From NCBI GenBank assembly GCA_900088475.1, contig FLMG01001397.1:1-64000 (forward strand): a DNA stretch of 64,000 bases. The letters run 5' to 3'. The position numbers were made by a program, and so were the translations under genes. The notes beneath the pieces were generated by a model. The model did no database searches. It saw only the letters and a program-made list of their open reading frames with translations, and was not told the DNA's origin. Shown piece by piece: positions 12,201 to 23,793 of this stretch. Every line of letters starts with the position of its first letter. Within the stretch, counting starts at the first letter, position 1. Origin of the DNA: Hyphochytrium catenoides (taxonomy: Eukaryota > Protista > Hyphochytriomycota).

Positions 12201-12620
12201 CTCTTCGCTCAAGGCCGTCTTTGTCATGACTCTATTGTCATCGTCATTACATCTTAGAGGCCCCTCATCAGTCTCTCTCCTCTCATCGGCTGGGGGAGAA
12301 AACTGAGCAGAAGCCATCAAGCTAGTCATCGAAGAGGAGGGGGAAGAGAGCGAGGAGCTCTCTCCTATTCCTCCCTTCTTTAGACCATAGGCAGTGGTGG
12401 TAGATAAAAAGGGATCCCTCTCTCGAGCCCCGTAAGACTGGTTAATGAGTCGTGACCTTGGTGGTACCCTGTCCAAGGACGAGCCATTTACTTTAGGAGA
12501 AGACGAGTACAAGGGTCCAAGCTGCAAAGTAGAAGAAACGTCATTTCTGGCGATGCTTCGATCTCCGCTGCTCTCTTCAAGGGAGTGATTTGCTTCTTCG
12601 GCAGGAGGCGCCGAGGTCAT
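9225..12620 (-). CDS. Hybrid sensor histidine kinase: MEDS-like sensor, PAS, HisKA, HATPase_c, receiver; 3' end obscured by N gap
   Basis: MEDS-like HLVHFYDSEE...FGELVNTL...ALKLEVLWD...VFCAY; PAS (WLSSIHPED, EYRFVLPDGSIRWV); H-box CHELRNPL; N-box QILINLVSNALKYT; G1 VQDTGTGM; G2 GGSGLGLYI; REC ILVVDDN...DLIFMDIQMPVMDG. First ATG at 12620. Confidence 0.93.
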   Translation of the reverse strand: MTSAPPAEEANHSLEESSGDRSIARNDVSSTLQLGPLYSSSPKVNGSSLDRVPPRSRLINQSYGARERDPFLSTTTAYGLKKGGIGESSSLSSPSSSMTSLMASAQFSPPADERRETDEGPLRCNDDDNRVMTKTALSEEEAKHGRGGRKSPPRRSSNNLAWSSTSSTTVLPYHHHTGDHLVHFYDSEELYYRAGLSFMLPALLHAEDAMLLIVTKQHMQAFLRLLADHNIDVDKKLQSGQLMVFETSEVYETLKARCGGILDITDEIFTELFGPKLAELEQKFRKMYAFGELVNTLAQLGEHAEALKLEVLWDDFIKKKDIAVFCAYHMGSFTTTDHLHVLEGIAACHSGIWPSTDRVSPASDPSAIEALKEKSRALELEVEKRKVTERALQACLKLLSSRAQEALHRERDNYRNILATLPVGILKLSADGAELFFNPRFVEITGLQEAELHSDAWLSSIHPEDQEQILEIWKMAKTEEGKLDKREYRFVLPDGSIRWVVGEWVSSRPFLDTVEGIDVVHTIVDVTHMKTMELERMKALRQAEELQRKRASEADSRKRYLSQFVDTLCHELRNPLGGIYGNVELLRAGLESRKKWMIEIFDKMPRPLVPAVSQQMALDEESLEAIEKCVRHQKVIADDVLNLSRLENGAMKLDLVDFEVHHVVRDVIKMFKTQAKKKGVVISEATPLQMARLRGDPARLAQILINLVSNALKYTAHGSITIHVKRLAPTQTKQYGSAAPRLSSPMASSSSSGTGISSNDLSCTNSPTTKLFSGQSLMAQSGYPDDDEKITNLTAGRDAKEDRKISADHYKAVFAIEVQDTGTGMTDEEKATVFNRFSTSGSSDYGGSGLGLYICKSLVELMGGKILVRSKRGGGSTFSFTFLAEELPATDGKFAEDEPEKSSHRSPQGVDSPLSMEGDLSHEGAEHKRLGGVPEQEAVERDISPTTEARATTARELDPEQTSRPKAVGARSMVEAVRSGPQQTLPESAHPADDQRVALRSSNAAKRATIDTMGVESCSEQRDSKAQESWRSQFRILVVDDNYINQKMMRRLILQKPGWDCEVAANGAEAVSIIEESLIASSPYDLIFMDIQMPVMDGIAATXXXXXXXXXXXXXSQRLFEVINMYNSMGH

Positions 12621-13611
12621 CCTCACCCTTCTCCTGAGCCGATGATGATCTTCAACAGATGATCTTCAACAAGCCTGTGGCCGTTCTGGTCTCCTCCTCC
12701 TCCTACTCGTCTTGGCTGCTCTTCTCAGTCATCATCAGACAGAGGCTCACACAGCACTAACTACCCGCAGGCACAATTATTTATATTATCAGAGAGATGA
12801 TGATGGCGACGACCACGGACAGCTTTGAATGGCCTTCTTCCTGCTGCTGCTGCTGGGCTGTCTCTCTGTCTACCTCGTGCGTGCAGCTCCGGGATGCTCT
12901 TCTCTTCAGTCATCATGCTCAGCACGCTGACGAGAGTTGGAGGCGGCGGCAGCTGACTTGCTGGGATCCTTCCCTTCCCTTCCCTTCCCTTCCCTTTGTG
13001 GAGGGAGGTAGCTTGTACAGTCAGACAGAGGAGACCCATGGCAAGGAGGATGGAGGAGTGAGTAATAGGGGAGAGAGATATTACCTGGAAGACCAAAGTG
13101 ACACACATATGGACGCGGTACAAAATCCAGCAAGCGCCACAACAACAACGCACATCGGGAATCTTGATATCCAATGACAGGGAGTAGGGCTCTCAGTATG
13201 CTCAAGTATGTTCGTGCGCGTAGTAAAGTCCAGAACCCGCATTCCGCATTCTCCCTTATTCCGGATTGTATAGTCTATGTGCTTTAGAAGTCTGGATAAC
13301 ATACTCGTCTATTCGGAATTAGACCGGGCGGCCTTGTCGCCGTAAAAGATGCATTGCGTACTGTATCTGCACAGCCCGCTCCATGATGTAGTCGTACCAG
13401 GGGCAGTCTGTCCGTTCTCTCAATAGATGTGTGTACCGTTAGCGGTAAGAATGGACTCAGATCACAAGCCGTCCACTCTTTCTCCCAGTTGCTTCTGATG
13501 TTACTGTAGTAATAGTTTCGTCCAAGTGAGAGTAGGGATATAAGACTGTATTACTACGTCTTTAGGTGCTGTTGGAGTTTTATATCTCTCGCTGATCTGT
13601 ACCTACACTTG

Positions 13612-13658
13612 ATGGAGAGAGATGAGAGGGGAGTGCCCAACAGCAAGAGAGAGAAAGG

Positions 13659-13690
<32 letters not shown>

Positions 13691-13935
13691 AGGAGAGAGA
13701 CAGAGAGAAAGAGTAAGTGAGAGAAGGAGAGAGCGAGAGCGAGAGAGTGAGAGAGAGAGGAGAAGAGAGAGTGAGAGTTGAGAAAAAGAGAGAGAAAAGC
13801 AGGGAGCGAGCAAGAGAGAGAGAGAGAGAGCANNNNNNNNNNNNNNNNNNNNNNNNNNNNNNNNNNNNNNNNNNNNNNNNNNNNNNNNNNNNNNNNNNNN
13901 NNNNNNNNAGAGAGAGAGAGAGAGAGAGAGAAAGG
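13612..13935. repeat. (GA)n microsatellite / purine tract containing an assembly gap
   Basis: Long degenerate GA dinucleotide run on both sides of the Ns. Confidence 0.97.
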
Positions 13936-14286
13936 GATGAGATGAGACTGGGAAGGATGAGGTGGATACGAGGAGAGACAAAAACACAGAGCCAAGAGAG
14001 AGAAGAGAGCCAGAGGGAAGAGGAGTGGACGAAGGGATAACATGAGCATGAGAAGGTCCTCGCGTGCAAATCTGCAGCTCAGACCTGTCCCCAGAGGCCG
14101 AAGAGAGGCACAGACAACGCAGAGGAGTTTATGACTCACAGAGAAAAGGAAAGGCGAGCTGGGCGTAGGGAGCCATTATGAGGAGGAGAGAGCACGCTAG
14201 AGGCTGAAGCTGCTGAAGAGCAACTGGATTCCCCTCGTTCGCTCGCCTCTTCGTGGGAGAGAGAGTGAGAGCTGAGCTAGAGGAGG

Positions 14287-15888
14287 ATGGAGGAGCTGAG
14301 AGCAAGCCAATCGCGTCTCTCACGACAAGGCCTCTCAGTTCTAAACTCAGCCCTGCAGGAGCCGAGCTCTCTTCCCTTAAGTAACTCTCCTGCGCGACTC
14401 TCACACTCCTCTGCCTCTCCCCGCCTCTCTCTTCTGTCTTCCCCCGCCGGCCGTCGCCCCATCACGATTAAAGATAATGGGACACCGAAGGAGAAAAGCC
14501 CTTCTAATGTTAGAACAGGACCATCCCTGCAGCTTGAAGAAGCAGCTCTTCCATCCTCCAACATGGACCTGCAGAGGTTACGTACTATCTCTCCCTCCTC
14601 CGATCATCATCATCTCGGCACTCCATCTCCCTCTGCGAGCTCTGGGGCACTAGGAACACCCTCACCAAGCTACGAACCAAACACTCCTGTCCTTCCGCCC
14701 TCTGTCTCTACCCCTGCACCTCCTGCACATCAAGCTTCTACACCTGGAAGACAGAGTCCAATCGCTAATGAAGGACTGAAGGGGTCCTTTACACTCTCTT
14801 TGCAGCCCTCGCCATCCTCATCCTCTTCTCTCATTAGAGACGGAGTAAATGACTCACCTGCCTCCAAATACCGCTCCTGGGCCCAAAGCCAGTCCTTGGG
14901 GTCGGGGGGAGGCCGGAGCCCAGTAAGAAGGCCTCCTGCCACACCTCCGGCTGCTACTCCTCCTCTTCCTACGACGCCAGCTTCGGAAGAGAGGCCATCT
15001 GCTGCTGGTCCGTCGTTCTTTGATAGCGCTCCTCGGCGGTTCTGGCCGACCAGGGGAAGGAATGGTGGTGCAGCTTTTAAAAGAGGAGGGGCAGGAGACC
15101 CTGGAAATGGGTTGGAAGGGAGTGAGGCTGGAACAGGCGGAGGAGTAGGGCTTGGAAGCCAAGGGGCGAAGTTGTACCAGCGCGTGTCCTCTTCCTCCAA
15201 CAGTGTAAAGAGTATGGTGTCCTCTCTTCAGCCAGCTATGAATAACGCTGTGCGCTCCTTTGGCATACCTCGTACTCTCCTCAGGGGAGAGAAAACTGCA
15301 GTTCCTTTCTCTTCTGCTGCCGCAAACCTCAAGAGTAAAGCGCCCTTATATGGAGGGCCGGGCCCATCTCGTCACTCTTATGCACCACAGAATCCTCTGC
15401 AGGAGGAAGAAGGAGATGGAAGAGGGAGTCGTAGGACCGCAGACGTCCTGACTCCTCCTTCACTTTCGGAGAGGGGAAGCAATGGCTGGGGAGGACCGGC
15501 ACGCCGCTCTTCCTTTATGAAAGACCTCGAGAAGACAGAGTTTTGGGGCGCTACGGGTGGTGTCGGAGAGAACGAACTTCTCCGGGTGTCTCTTGGAAAA
15601 GTGTTGCTTCCCCCTGAAGAGAGAATATCTTCCTCTGTGGACCCCACGGCTGTTGCAGATCCCAGTGGGCTAGAGCGGCATAGGGGACACTTCTTGCACA
15701 GAGAGTCCTGTGAGTCTGTCTAGCATACCTAGTTTAACTCTGCTGTCGGAAGTGTCTTGACTTTGTTGCTTGCCTGCTACCTGTTCGTCTGTCTGCACTT
15801 GGGTATGATGTCGTTCTGCTTCTCCCGCAACATCTCTCTCACTTTTCCTCTCTCTCTCTCCCACTTTGTTCTCTCTCTCTCTCTTTTG

Positions 15889-15931
<43 letters not shown>

Positions 15932-18257
15932 CTGATTCCTGCAATCCGTCCTTTCAGGGAAGCTGGTGGATTACTTCTTCGTCGCTCGGGTAGAATGTGC
16001 CATCCAGCAGCCTGATGAATGTCCTGATGACCTCACAGCCATCCCTTTGAGAGCACAAGTGGCTGAGCGATACCCTGAAGAGGATCTTGACGGCTTTCCC
16101 CTTCCCACGCGAATCCAACACTTCTGCTTCCCTCAGGGTGTCTATCTAAAGGTAAAAGCCTGCTCAGCCTGTTTACCTCTCTGTCCCTGTCTTCAACGTT
16201 CGGTCTGTTGTACCCAAAGAGACTCAGGCTTGGTTATGTGTGGGTTGTTGGCTCCCTCTCGCTGAGTCATCAGGCTGACCTATCCCTTCCTCTTATCCTC
16301 GACGAACTCGCCAATACTCACCAGAATGTCTCTCTTGTGCCGCTGTTTCTGTGTCCACCTTTTGGTGCTTCTCTTTGTACAGCCTGGCCCAGAAGAGCCA
16401 ACCTTGCACAACTTCGTCTGCACGGACGAGGAGGGACGAATGCTTCACGGTGCCACTCTCATATTCTACGAAGCCGCCACAGCGGAAGAGATAGCAAAGA
16501 CATATGGTCTATCAACGGAGACTGTTGCATCTTCTCTCCCTGCAAAGACGCCTGTACTCTATCGTCCCGTTGCAATCTGCGCGACTTCAATCTTTGGGCT
16601 TTTTGGTCTTCTGAATGAGATTCTTCGGCAACTCTATAGGCTCTCCTTGTCTGAGCTCCCTATGCCCCTAGAGCGATATATTACGCACGTGGTCACGGCT
16701 ATGCCTCTTCCTCCCCGTGGCATAGCAGAAGTGCAGGCCCTTATAGGGGACCATCATGTGACCGTTTGTCGCCCCCCTCCCAACTCCTTTGAGTGCATGG
16801 ACATCGCTCTCAGGCCTATCTTTGAGCTCTTAGATGTCCGGAATGTGATCTACATTTTCTCTCTCCTCCTCACGGAGAGCAGAGTCGTATTTTGCTCCAG
16901 AATGCGTTCTCTCTTGGTGCCTGTGGCTGAAGGTTTCTGCTCGTTCCTCTTCCCATTCTGGTGGCAAGGCCTCTACATACCGGTCCTTCCAGCTGAGCTG
17001 TACAAGCTATTAGAAGCTCCAGTGCCCTTTGTCATGGGGATTGACGCTGCATATCTCTCTCAGCACGACCGAGAAGATTGGCCTGAGGACGTGTACTTCG
17101 TAGATTTGGATAACAATCTTGTCTTTGATCCTCAGGGTCAGGAGCCTATCTCCCCTATAGACTTTGCGGACTTCAAGATACCAGGAACGAGCATCTTCAA
17201 GCTTATGAAGAAGATAGAAAGCGTGGCTGACGTCTTTGTGCCTCTGGAACTTCGGCAAGCAAGCCCAGTTTCTCCTTCTCTATCCTCTTTGTCTCCAAAC
17301 CCTGCGGTTGAAGCCCTCCCAGTGAACCGAGTTGCCCATCCTTCCAATTCTATCGCTAGCCAGGATCGCTTGTCCATGAATTCGTTAGGGAGAGAAAGTT
17401 GGAACCGTCCTTCTTCCGCTCTTCAGAGCTGGAAGTATATGGAGGGAGACAAAGCATTTCCTTCTGTCACAACGGTGGAGCCCATCACCCGCTTCCCGTC
17501 GGTGCATGGCATCCTCTATCATAAATCACTGTCAGCACGGGACCAGAGGTACGGAACAACAGTCCAGGCAGGAGGAGATTCAGGGCTCAAGAGACGGTCC
17601 CTATTGATGCACCAGATGGAGCTGGAAGAGACTGAAGGCTTCTCAAGAACCGCAGTGAGAGAAGCTTTCTTTTGTTTTGTTCTCTCTCTTCTGCGGGGCT
17701 ATCGAGGTTTCCTTCCTGCGCAAACTAGTGACTATCGAGAATTTAACGTTGTCGGGTTTATCAATAGCAAAGCTTCGGCGGGGCAGCTGGATCAGCAGCT
17801 CACTCACCGACTCGTAGAGACACAACTGTTTGACAAGTTTGTTCAGGAGCGACTGCAGTACAAAGAGTTAGCCGAGATCGAGTACGTTGATGCCAAGCTA
17901 ACAGAGGTCACATCTGGGATAAAGACAGCGTTCCTCCAGGATGCTTCCTATGCCCTCACGGAGGTCTTCGTAGCGCCCACACCTTCGCAAGGAGGAGCGG
18001 GAGCGAACGCAATGCACGGTGAAGCCTTCCAGTACACATCTTTTCCCCGTTTGCAGTCTTCACTGTTTGGTTCCCCGCACCTGTCTGAGCCACAGACGCT
18101 GAATCTTCGCTCCAACCAAGAGTATGTGGAGAGGTTAAGGAGTGGTAAGCCGTCGGAACTGAACCGAAGATTTTTCTCCAAGCAAAACATTCAGAAAGCG
18201 TTGGAGACTTCCAGAAGGAATATTCATCACTGGTTCAACTCGTCTGACGGACATTGA
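14287..18257 (+). CDS. DENN-domain protein (uDENN-cDENN-dDENN, putative Rab GEF) with long Ser/Pro-rich N-terminus; 3 exons (~14287-15709, ~15958-16151, ~16383-18257)
   Basis: LVDYFFV, ERYPEED...LP...FCFPQG, FVCTDEEG..HG, LLTESRVVFCS, FLFPFWWQGLYIPVLP, APVPFVMGI, VDLDNN, ETQLFDKFVQER; GT-AG junctions keep the frame. Confidence 0.93.
15835..15930. repeat. (CT)n microsatellite in DENN intron 1
   Basis: CT dinucleotide run just upstream of the splice acceptor. Confidence 0.95.
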
Positions 18258-18624
18258 GATAACTGTCCTCCCTGTTCCCCATTGTAACTCTTATACTTGC
18301 GGTCTATGGGCCTGCTCCCTTCTATGCTCTCTTCTCTTGGCATCAAAAGTGCTTGTCAATGCCGTTAACCTTTAGATGTCTCAGACCAACTCCTCGTAAG
18401 ACCTATGAAGAACTAACCCTTCAATAGATGCCATAATCCCTTTTTAACCCTTTGGACCTCCTCACTGGTCGCGTGTTCTTTTCCACCTAACGCAGCATAA
18501 TAATCACAGGGTCGAGTAGGAAGCGATTCTACCTTCATTATATTCTCTGCTACAATGAAAAGGACAAGGCTCAGGTGCACTTTTGCACTTGGGACAGCAT
18601 AGGGAAGGTACTCGTTGCTTCTCT

Positions 18625-20751
18625 CTACTCTCGCTTTGGTTTTGATGGCGCCACCAGCCACATGTAGAATAGGCCAAAGAGGGCAGTGGCTATAAGTCCA
18701 AGCAGGACAAGGAAGCCAGCGGCAACAAACCAAGGCAACTGGAGCTCTTCGATGAAGAAGTAATAAAGGCTCTGTTGAGACATCAGTTAACTTTGAGACG
18801 ATAGGTAGATAATGTAGGCAAAACAGGAACACTACCCCTCGGACTACGAGCAAAAGAGCTGAGTAGCTTTAAAGCAAGAGAAGACCTTTCATCGAAAGAA
18901 CAAAAATTATTATTGTTCTTGAAATGGAAGACTCACTTGAATGCGGCCACCGCTAGAAATGAGGAAACCCTTGAATTTTCCGCTACATGGCACAATGGAC
19001 AAGGGAAGGAGAGTCAAGGTACACATACTAGTTCGAAGAGAATAGCAGATATCGAACCCTTTGCAACCGCAGAGAGCCTGCTGGTAGCATGAGAAGAACA
19101 GAAGCGTCCTTAGGCAGACGGGGCGCAGCTCAAGCGCAGAAGAAGACGACAACAGGAGTTGAGACTTACACGAGCCCAAAGGGGGACTTCAAATAGCTTA
19201 CAGCGGGTGCGTCCTTCCAACCTACACAGACAAGAGAAAGGGTGAGAAGTGCTGCCGTATCCTAACTCCCTTTACTGCAGTTCTCTCTATATGATGGAGT
19301 TCCTTCTGTCCACGTTGGCTCTTTCTTGCCTGACGCCGTGCTCTCTTGTCTGTCTGTATGCGACTTCCCCCTAAAGTCTCTTCACGCAACCGCTTCAACA
19401 ACTACGTACGAAAGGCGTAGACCTACCTTCAGTTGCGAAGTGCACGAGGCCCTGAACAGAGCGACTGTACTCGACATCAGCAGCGTGAGCAGCTGCGATA
19501 TACGGACCCAAATGTGAAGATGGAGCAGAGCTTACCCTGAGTTACCCATCTGCCGAATATCTTGCTTGCGGACGCTGAAGGAAAGAGCGGAGCACTGGGT
19601 CAGCAAGTTGAACAAGTTCTGAGCCCTTGACTGCTCATTGCAGTCCCAGGGAGGACAACATGGTGAACTCCCACGGCAAAACGGGCATAGCACAAGAAGG
19701 CAGCCTATATTGCACGGAAATAGACCTCATAACACAGAGACTAGACTCATAGGATGTAGCATACATAGAGTGCTTAACGCTTCTTGGGCCAGAGATGGGC
19801 AGGGAGAAAGGTGGAACAGCTATAACAAGGGCCGACAATCAAAGAGCTCAAGCAGACATTGTACTTACAAGAAGATGGATGGATAACCGCCGATATGGAA
19901 GCGAGCGCTTAGGGCTGAAAGACACGGGGTTAGCATCGAATGGACGAAGAGAGTCTGAGGTATATGAACCTTTTGGACTAGGTCGTACGAGCATAAAAGA
20001 AAGAGGATAATCCGCTTACGTTCTTACCTCGTTCTGCAGAACCATCAACCTTTGCTACATTGACACGTCCTAGGTTCAGCACAATCAAGCAGAAAGAAGA
20101 AAATAGCAGCCCCGAAGACAGAGATGCATTGTCAGACATTGGTGCAGGAGACGAGAGCGTGGCTGGGGATTCGAGGAGAACGAGACCAGAAAGACAGAGA
20201 AAACCTGACTGCAAAAGCCAGGACTTAAGTCAATGAAGAGGAAGACTTAGAGGAGGGAGAGAACAAGCGGAAAAAGAAAGATAAGAGTAGGGGGACGCAT
20301 GCCAAAAAGAAGAAAGCGAAGCCCATCGCGATTGTGGCATTGATCACCTTTGAGCTCTTTTGCAGCTTCAGCATACGCCCTCGCCATCTTCCGGCAATGA
20401 CCGCACCATGGTGCATAGCTACAAAAATGACTAAGGTTAGCTTTACTCAGTCGACAGTTTACTTTGAGCGTGTGCAAGCTGGGGAAGAGAGAAGGGAAGA
20501 CAACGAGGCAGCCGCTCTGAGAAAAGGAGGATTGTCAGGTAAGAGAAAGAACGACAAGTGCCCTACAATTCTATCATCCAGTCTCCCTGTGCCATGGCTT
20601 CATCAATCGTGTGATAGTCCAGCACTATGACCCCATCAGCATCTCTTTTCCACTCCTGGCTCCCTCCGGTGCAGACCATAAGGAAAGATGCTGTCAGCGC
20701 CATCACTGCCACTGCAACAAAGGCAAATCGGGAAGAAGCACGTCGGACCAT
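18625..20751 (-). CDS. Thioredoxin-related transmembrane protein (TMX/PDI family), 9 exons
   Basis: Hand-spliced: signal peptide; WMIEFYAPWCGHC; RVNVAKVD; LSARFHIGGYPSIF; GRSVQGLVHFATEGWK; SPFG; C-terminal TM LPWFVAAGFLVLLGLIATALFGLFYMWLV; ends KPKRE* (KxKxx ER-retrieval signal). Confidence 0.9.
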
Positions 20752-21700
20752 GGTGCTGAGGGCTGTGCTTGGTGCCGTCCTATATCTACCTACTTCTATG
20801 GAGGAGGATTAGCAGCGCCCTGTGTTGACAGAAAGAAGGCGCTTTCTCCAAGTCCAAGATGGCAAGAGAGAATGTTAGACAGGCGTCGGACGGAGAAATG
20901 GGCAGATTTCTGAGACGGCGGCGGCGGCATCGGCGCTATTTCGAAGATCTCAGAGTTCTGGAGAGACTAAGACTGTTCTCGGGAAAAGATGACGTTTGGT
21001 CCGTGGCTTCGTATTATAATGTTTATTGTCGGTCTAACCCTAACTGTTGGAAGGACCTCCAATGTTATTTAGGAGACCTTATATTCGGCTAGCACTTTCA
21101 AACTTGGAACAAGGAGAAAGTAGCGAATCTTCAGTAAGCTTTCATGGAGCCATCGACTCACTTAGCACGCACGTCTTCATCTTCAACAGGTCAGGATGAC
21201 CGCCAGAGGAGTGAGGTTATAGACATGAAGAACGGCTGAGAGTGAGAAAAGGAAGAGAGAGAGAGCTAGCAGAAGGAGCCGAGGAGAGAGGGAAAGAGAG
21301 CATGTTAGGCTTGACTACGGAAAGACAAAGGCTGTGTAGACGGTCGGGGGACAGGGGTGTATGACATAAGAGGCAGGGATGTAGCGCAAATTGTGTCGTT
21401 ACTTCGCTTTCTAATAGTAGAAGCCAACTTCTGTTATCCTCTGAGATCTAGATCCAAAGAATCTCAAGGGACTAGAGAGTAGGAGAATCACCTGTCGGTC
21501 TGCGGAGAGTATAACTAGAGGCGAAGGTGTGCCATGTAGCCAAGGAACAACCTTGATCGCTCCTCACCACATAATAAGTCCTAGAGAAAGGAGAATATCT
21601 CTCTAGTTCTCTTCCTTACGTCCACCCTGGATGGCTCTTTCACTGCTCATGTAAGCGTACAGTCTCCTCACCGGAGCCCGTAGCGGTAGTCATTCCCGAC

Positions 21701-22813
21701 TTAAAGCAAGTTCTCGAGAAAATCTTCTGACACGTAACGGAAGACAGCAACACTGGCCCCAAACATTGCTATTGCCCGATTAGCAACGAATGTTTCCCAT
21801 ACACCCGCAGCGATGGCTTTCCATGGAATACTCCGGTCAGGCCGCTCACTGGGAGGGGCTGCTCCTCTTGGCGCAGCTCTTGCGGGTGCCGCACCCCCTT
21901 TGTTCTTCTTGGAGGAGACCAGTCGACCCGCACTGGCCTTTTTTTCTGTCACCGGTACCCTGGCGGCGTTCTCGAGTCTCTCGAGCGCTATAGCAGTGGC
22001 GCTGAGGACCTGAGTTTCCTTTTCTTTCTCCTTCAGCAGCCGCTTCTTCCTTCTGTGGAGATTTCCAATCTCTATTACTATCTTCTCTTCTTCTGAGGGC
22101 GTGAAAAGTACCTGGAACTCCACCACTGGGCTCTCAGGGGTGGTGCTACTATCTTCTTTCTTCTCCTCGGCCTCACCAGTCTGGAAGTCTGGAGCCTCGT
22201 TATCTGGGTCTAGTTCTTCGATGCTAGTAGGTGGGAGGGTTGTGTCTTCGTCCTCCGGAGCGACAATCTCATTGACTGCTGAACCTTGAGCACTCTGACT
22301 TTTCTCTGTCCTCAAACTTAAACAGCCGTTCTTCACCTCTTCCGTGAGAAGATCCGTGATGGCGAAGTGTTGCTGGCTCTCGGGCTCCTCTTTCCCAGAC
22401 TCCCATAGACGCAGCACTAGGGCTCCATCTCTATCTCTGATGGCGCCAAAGTCGAAGTTACTTTGCCAATCAGGCTTTTCTTCGCTGGACCACGGCGCGG
22501 CCGGTGTCTGGAATTTGCTCTCGCGCTGCTCGTCCACAGCGTCTTCAGGATCAACTTCGACTGTGCAATATACGTCTTTGCGGCCACTAGACAGGTAACC
22601 TTTGGTTCCCTGAATCTCTACCCGCAGGTTGCCTACATGTGGAGGAGTGTCCTCACCGTCGTCCTCTTTTTCCTCGAACTCATGGAGAGCAGTGAGCTTT
22701 TGATGGGACTCTTTGATGTGGTCGTCCACCTCTGCAAGTTCAGTCATGATCTCATGCAGCCTCTTCTTGGACTCGGCATGCCGCCTCTGCGTTTCTGTCT
22801 TCTTGTCTGCCAT
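21701..22813 (-). CDS. C2-domain protein with flanking coiled coils and a hydrophobic C-terminal tail, intronless
   Basis: GNLRVEI...DVYCTVEV...FQT...PDWQSNFDF...LVLRLWE is C2-like; heptad-rich segments on both sides; C-terminal hydrophobic stretch. Confidence 0.75.
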   Translation of the reverse strand: MADKKTETQRRHAESKKRLHEIMTELAEVDDHIKESHQKLTALHEFEEKEDDGEDTPPHVGNLRVEIQGTKGYLSSGRKDVYCTVEVDPEDAVDEQRESKFQTPAAPWSSEEKPDWQSNFDFGAIRDRDGALVLRLWESGKEEPESQQHFAITDLLTEEVKNGCLSLRTEKSQSAQGSAVNEIVAPEDEDTTLPPTSIEELDPDNEAPDFQTGEAEEKKEDSSTTPESPVVEFQVLFTPSEEEKIVIEIGNLHRRKKRLLKEKEKETQVLSATAIALERLENAARVPVTEKKASAGRLVSSKKNKGGAAPARAAPRGAAPPSERPDRSIPWKAIAAGVWETFVANRAIAMFGASVAVFRYVSEDFLENLL

Positions 22814-23228
22814 GGTTGCCTACTCAGACGCTTTCAGGTGCAGCCTTCCTTCTTAGTCTGACGAGACGAGTAAAGCTCCAGATCTGTGTCTCGCTTGGCA
22901 AACAATGGGCCACGGTGCTTCAAGCAAGGCGTAGCTTACGTCTTTCGTCTGCTTTCCCTCGCTCAAAGAAAGGAAAGGAAGGCGCTTGACTGAAGTCTGG
23001 GTGGTGATGACGAAGATTCTCTGTTCAGAACCACCTACTTGTGCAGAACTTCCAACTCCGCAATGTGGTATATTTTCCTAACGCGTTATCCTACAGAAAG
23101 GAAAGTTGAATAGCGGAGTTACGAGTATTGGTTGGTTGTATAGGTTTCGGCATTACTTGGCCTTCAGCCTCAGCAGAGCTCAAGAATTCCTTCATCGTGG
23201 CAATGAACGCGATAGTTTGAGATCTTCA

Positions 23229-23793
23229 CTTCTGGGCGGGCTCGATGATGAAGCTGGTTGTCCGCATGGGGCATGAAAGCCGTAGATCTGGGCCGTCTAG
23301 GGCTGCACCAGCTAAGGAATCTGGACCTAGCTTCCTTTGCGGGAGTTCGCTTCAGCCCACAGGGAGCAGGTACTACTGGGCGGGCTCGATGAAGCTGGTT
23401 GTCCGGATGGGGCATGAAAGCCGTAGATCTGGGCCGTCTAGGGCTGCACCAGCTAAGAAATCTGGACCTAGCTTCCTTTGCGGGAGTTCGCTTCAGCCCA
23501 CAGGGAGCAGGAACTTCTGAGCGGGCTTTATGATGAAGCTGGTTGTCCGCATGGGGCATGAAGGCCGTAGATCTGGGCCGTCTAGGGCTGCATCAGTTAA
23601 GGAATCTGGACCTAGCTTCCTTTGCGGGAGTTCGCTTCAGCCCACAGGTAGCAGGTACTACTGAGCGGGCTTTATGATGAAGCTGGTTGTCCGCATGGGG
23701 CATGGAAGCCGTAGATCTGGGCCGTCTTGGGCTGCACTAGCTAAGGAATCTGGACCTAGCTTCTTTTTTGCGGGAGTTCGCTTCAGCCCACAG
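23229..23793. repeat. Tandem array, ~3.9 copies of a 144-bp unit (one copy 141 bp)
   Basis: Unit starts ctg(g/a)gcgggct at 23232, 23376, 23517 and 23661; copies differ at only a few positions. Confidence 0.97.

Noticed and set aside
13554-14139. ORFs of 107-178 aa rich in SL or RE dipeptides
   Set aside because: Translations of the (GA)n microsatellite across an N gap.
19280-20225. Further plus-strand exons of the DENN gene
   Set aside because: The region is explained by minus-strand TMX exons and introns; DENN has an in-frame stop at 18257.
23229-23793. CRISPR-like array
   Set aside because: Units are near-identical along their whole length with no unique spacers; eukaryotic context; no cas genes.
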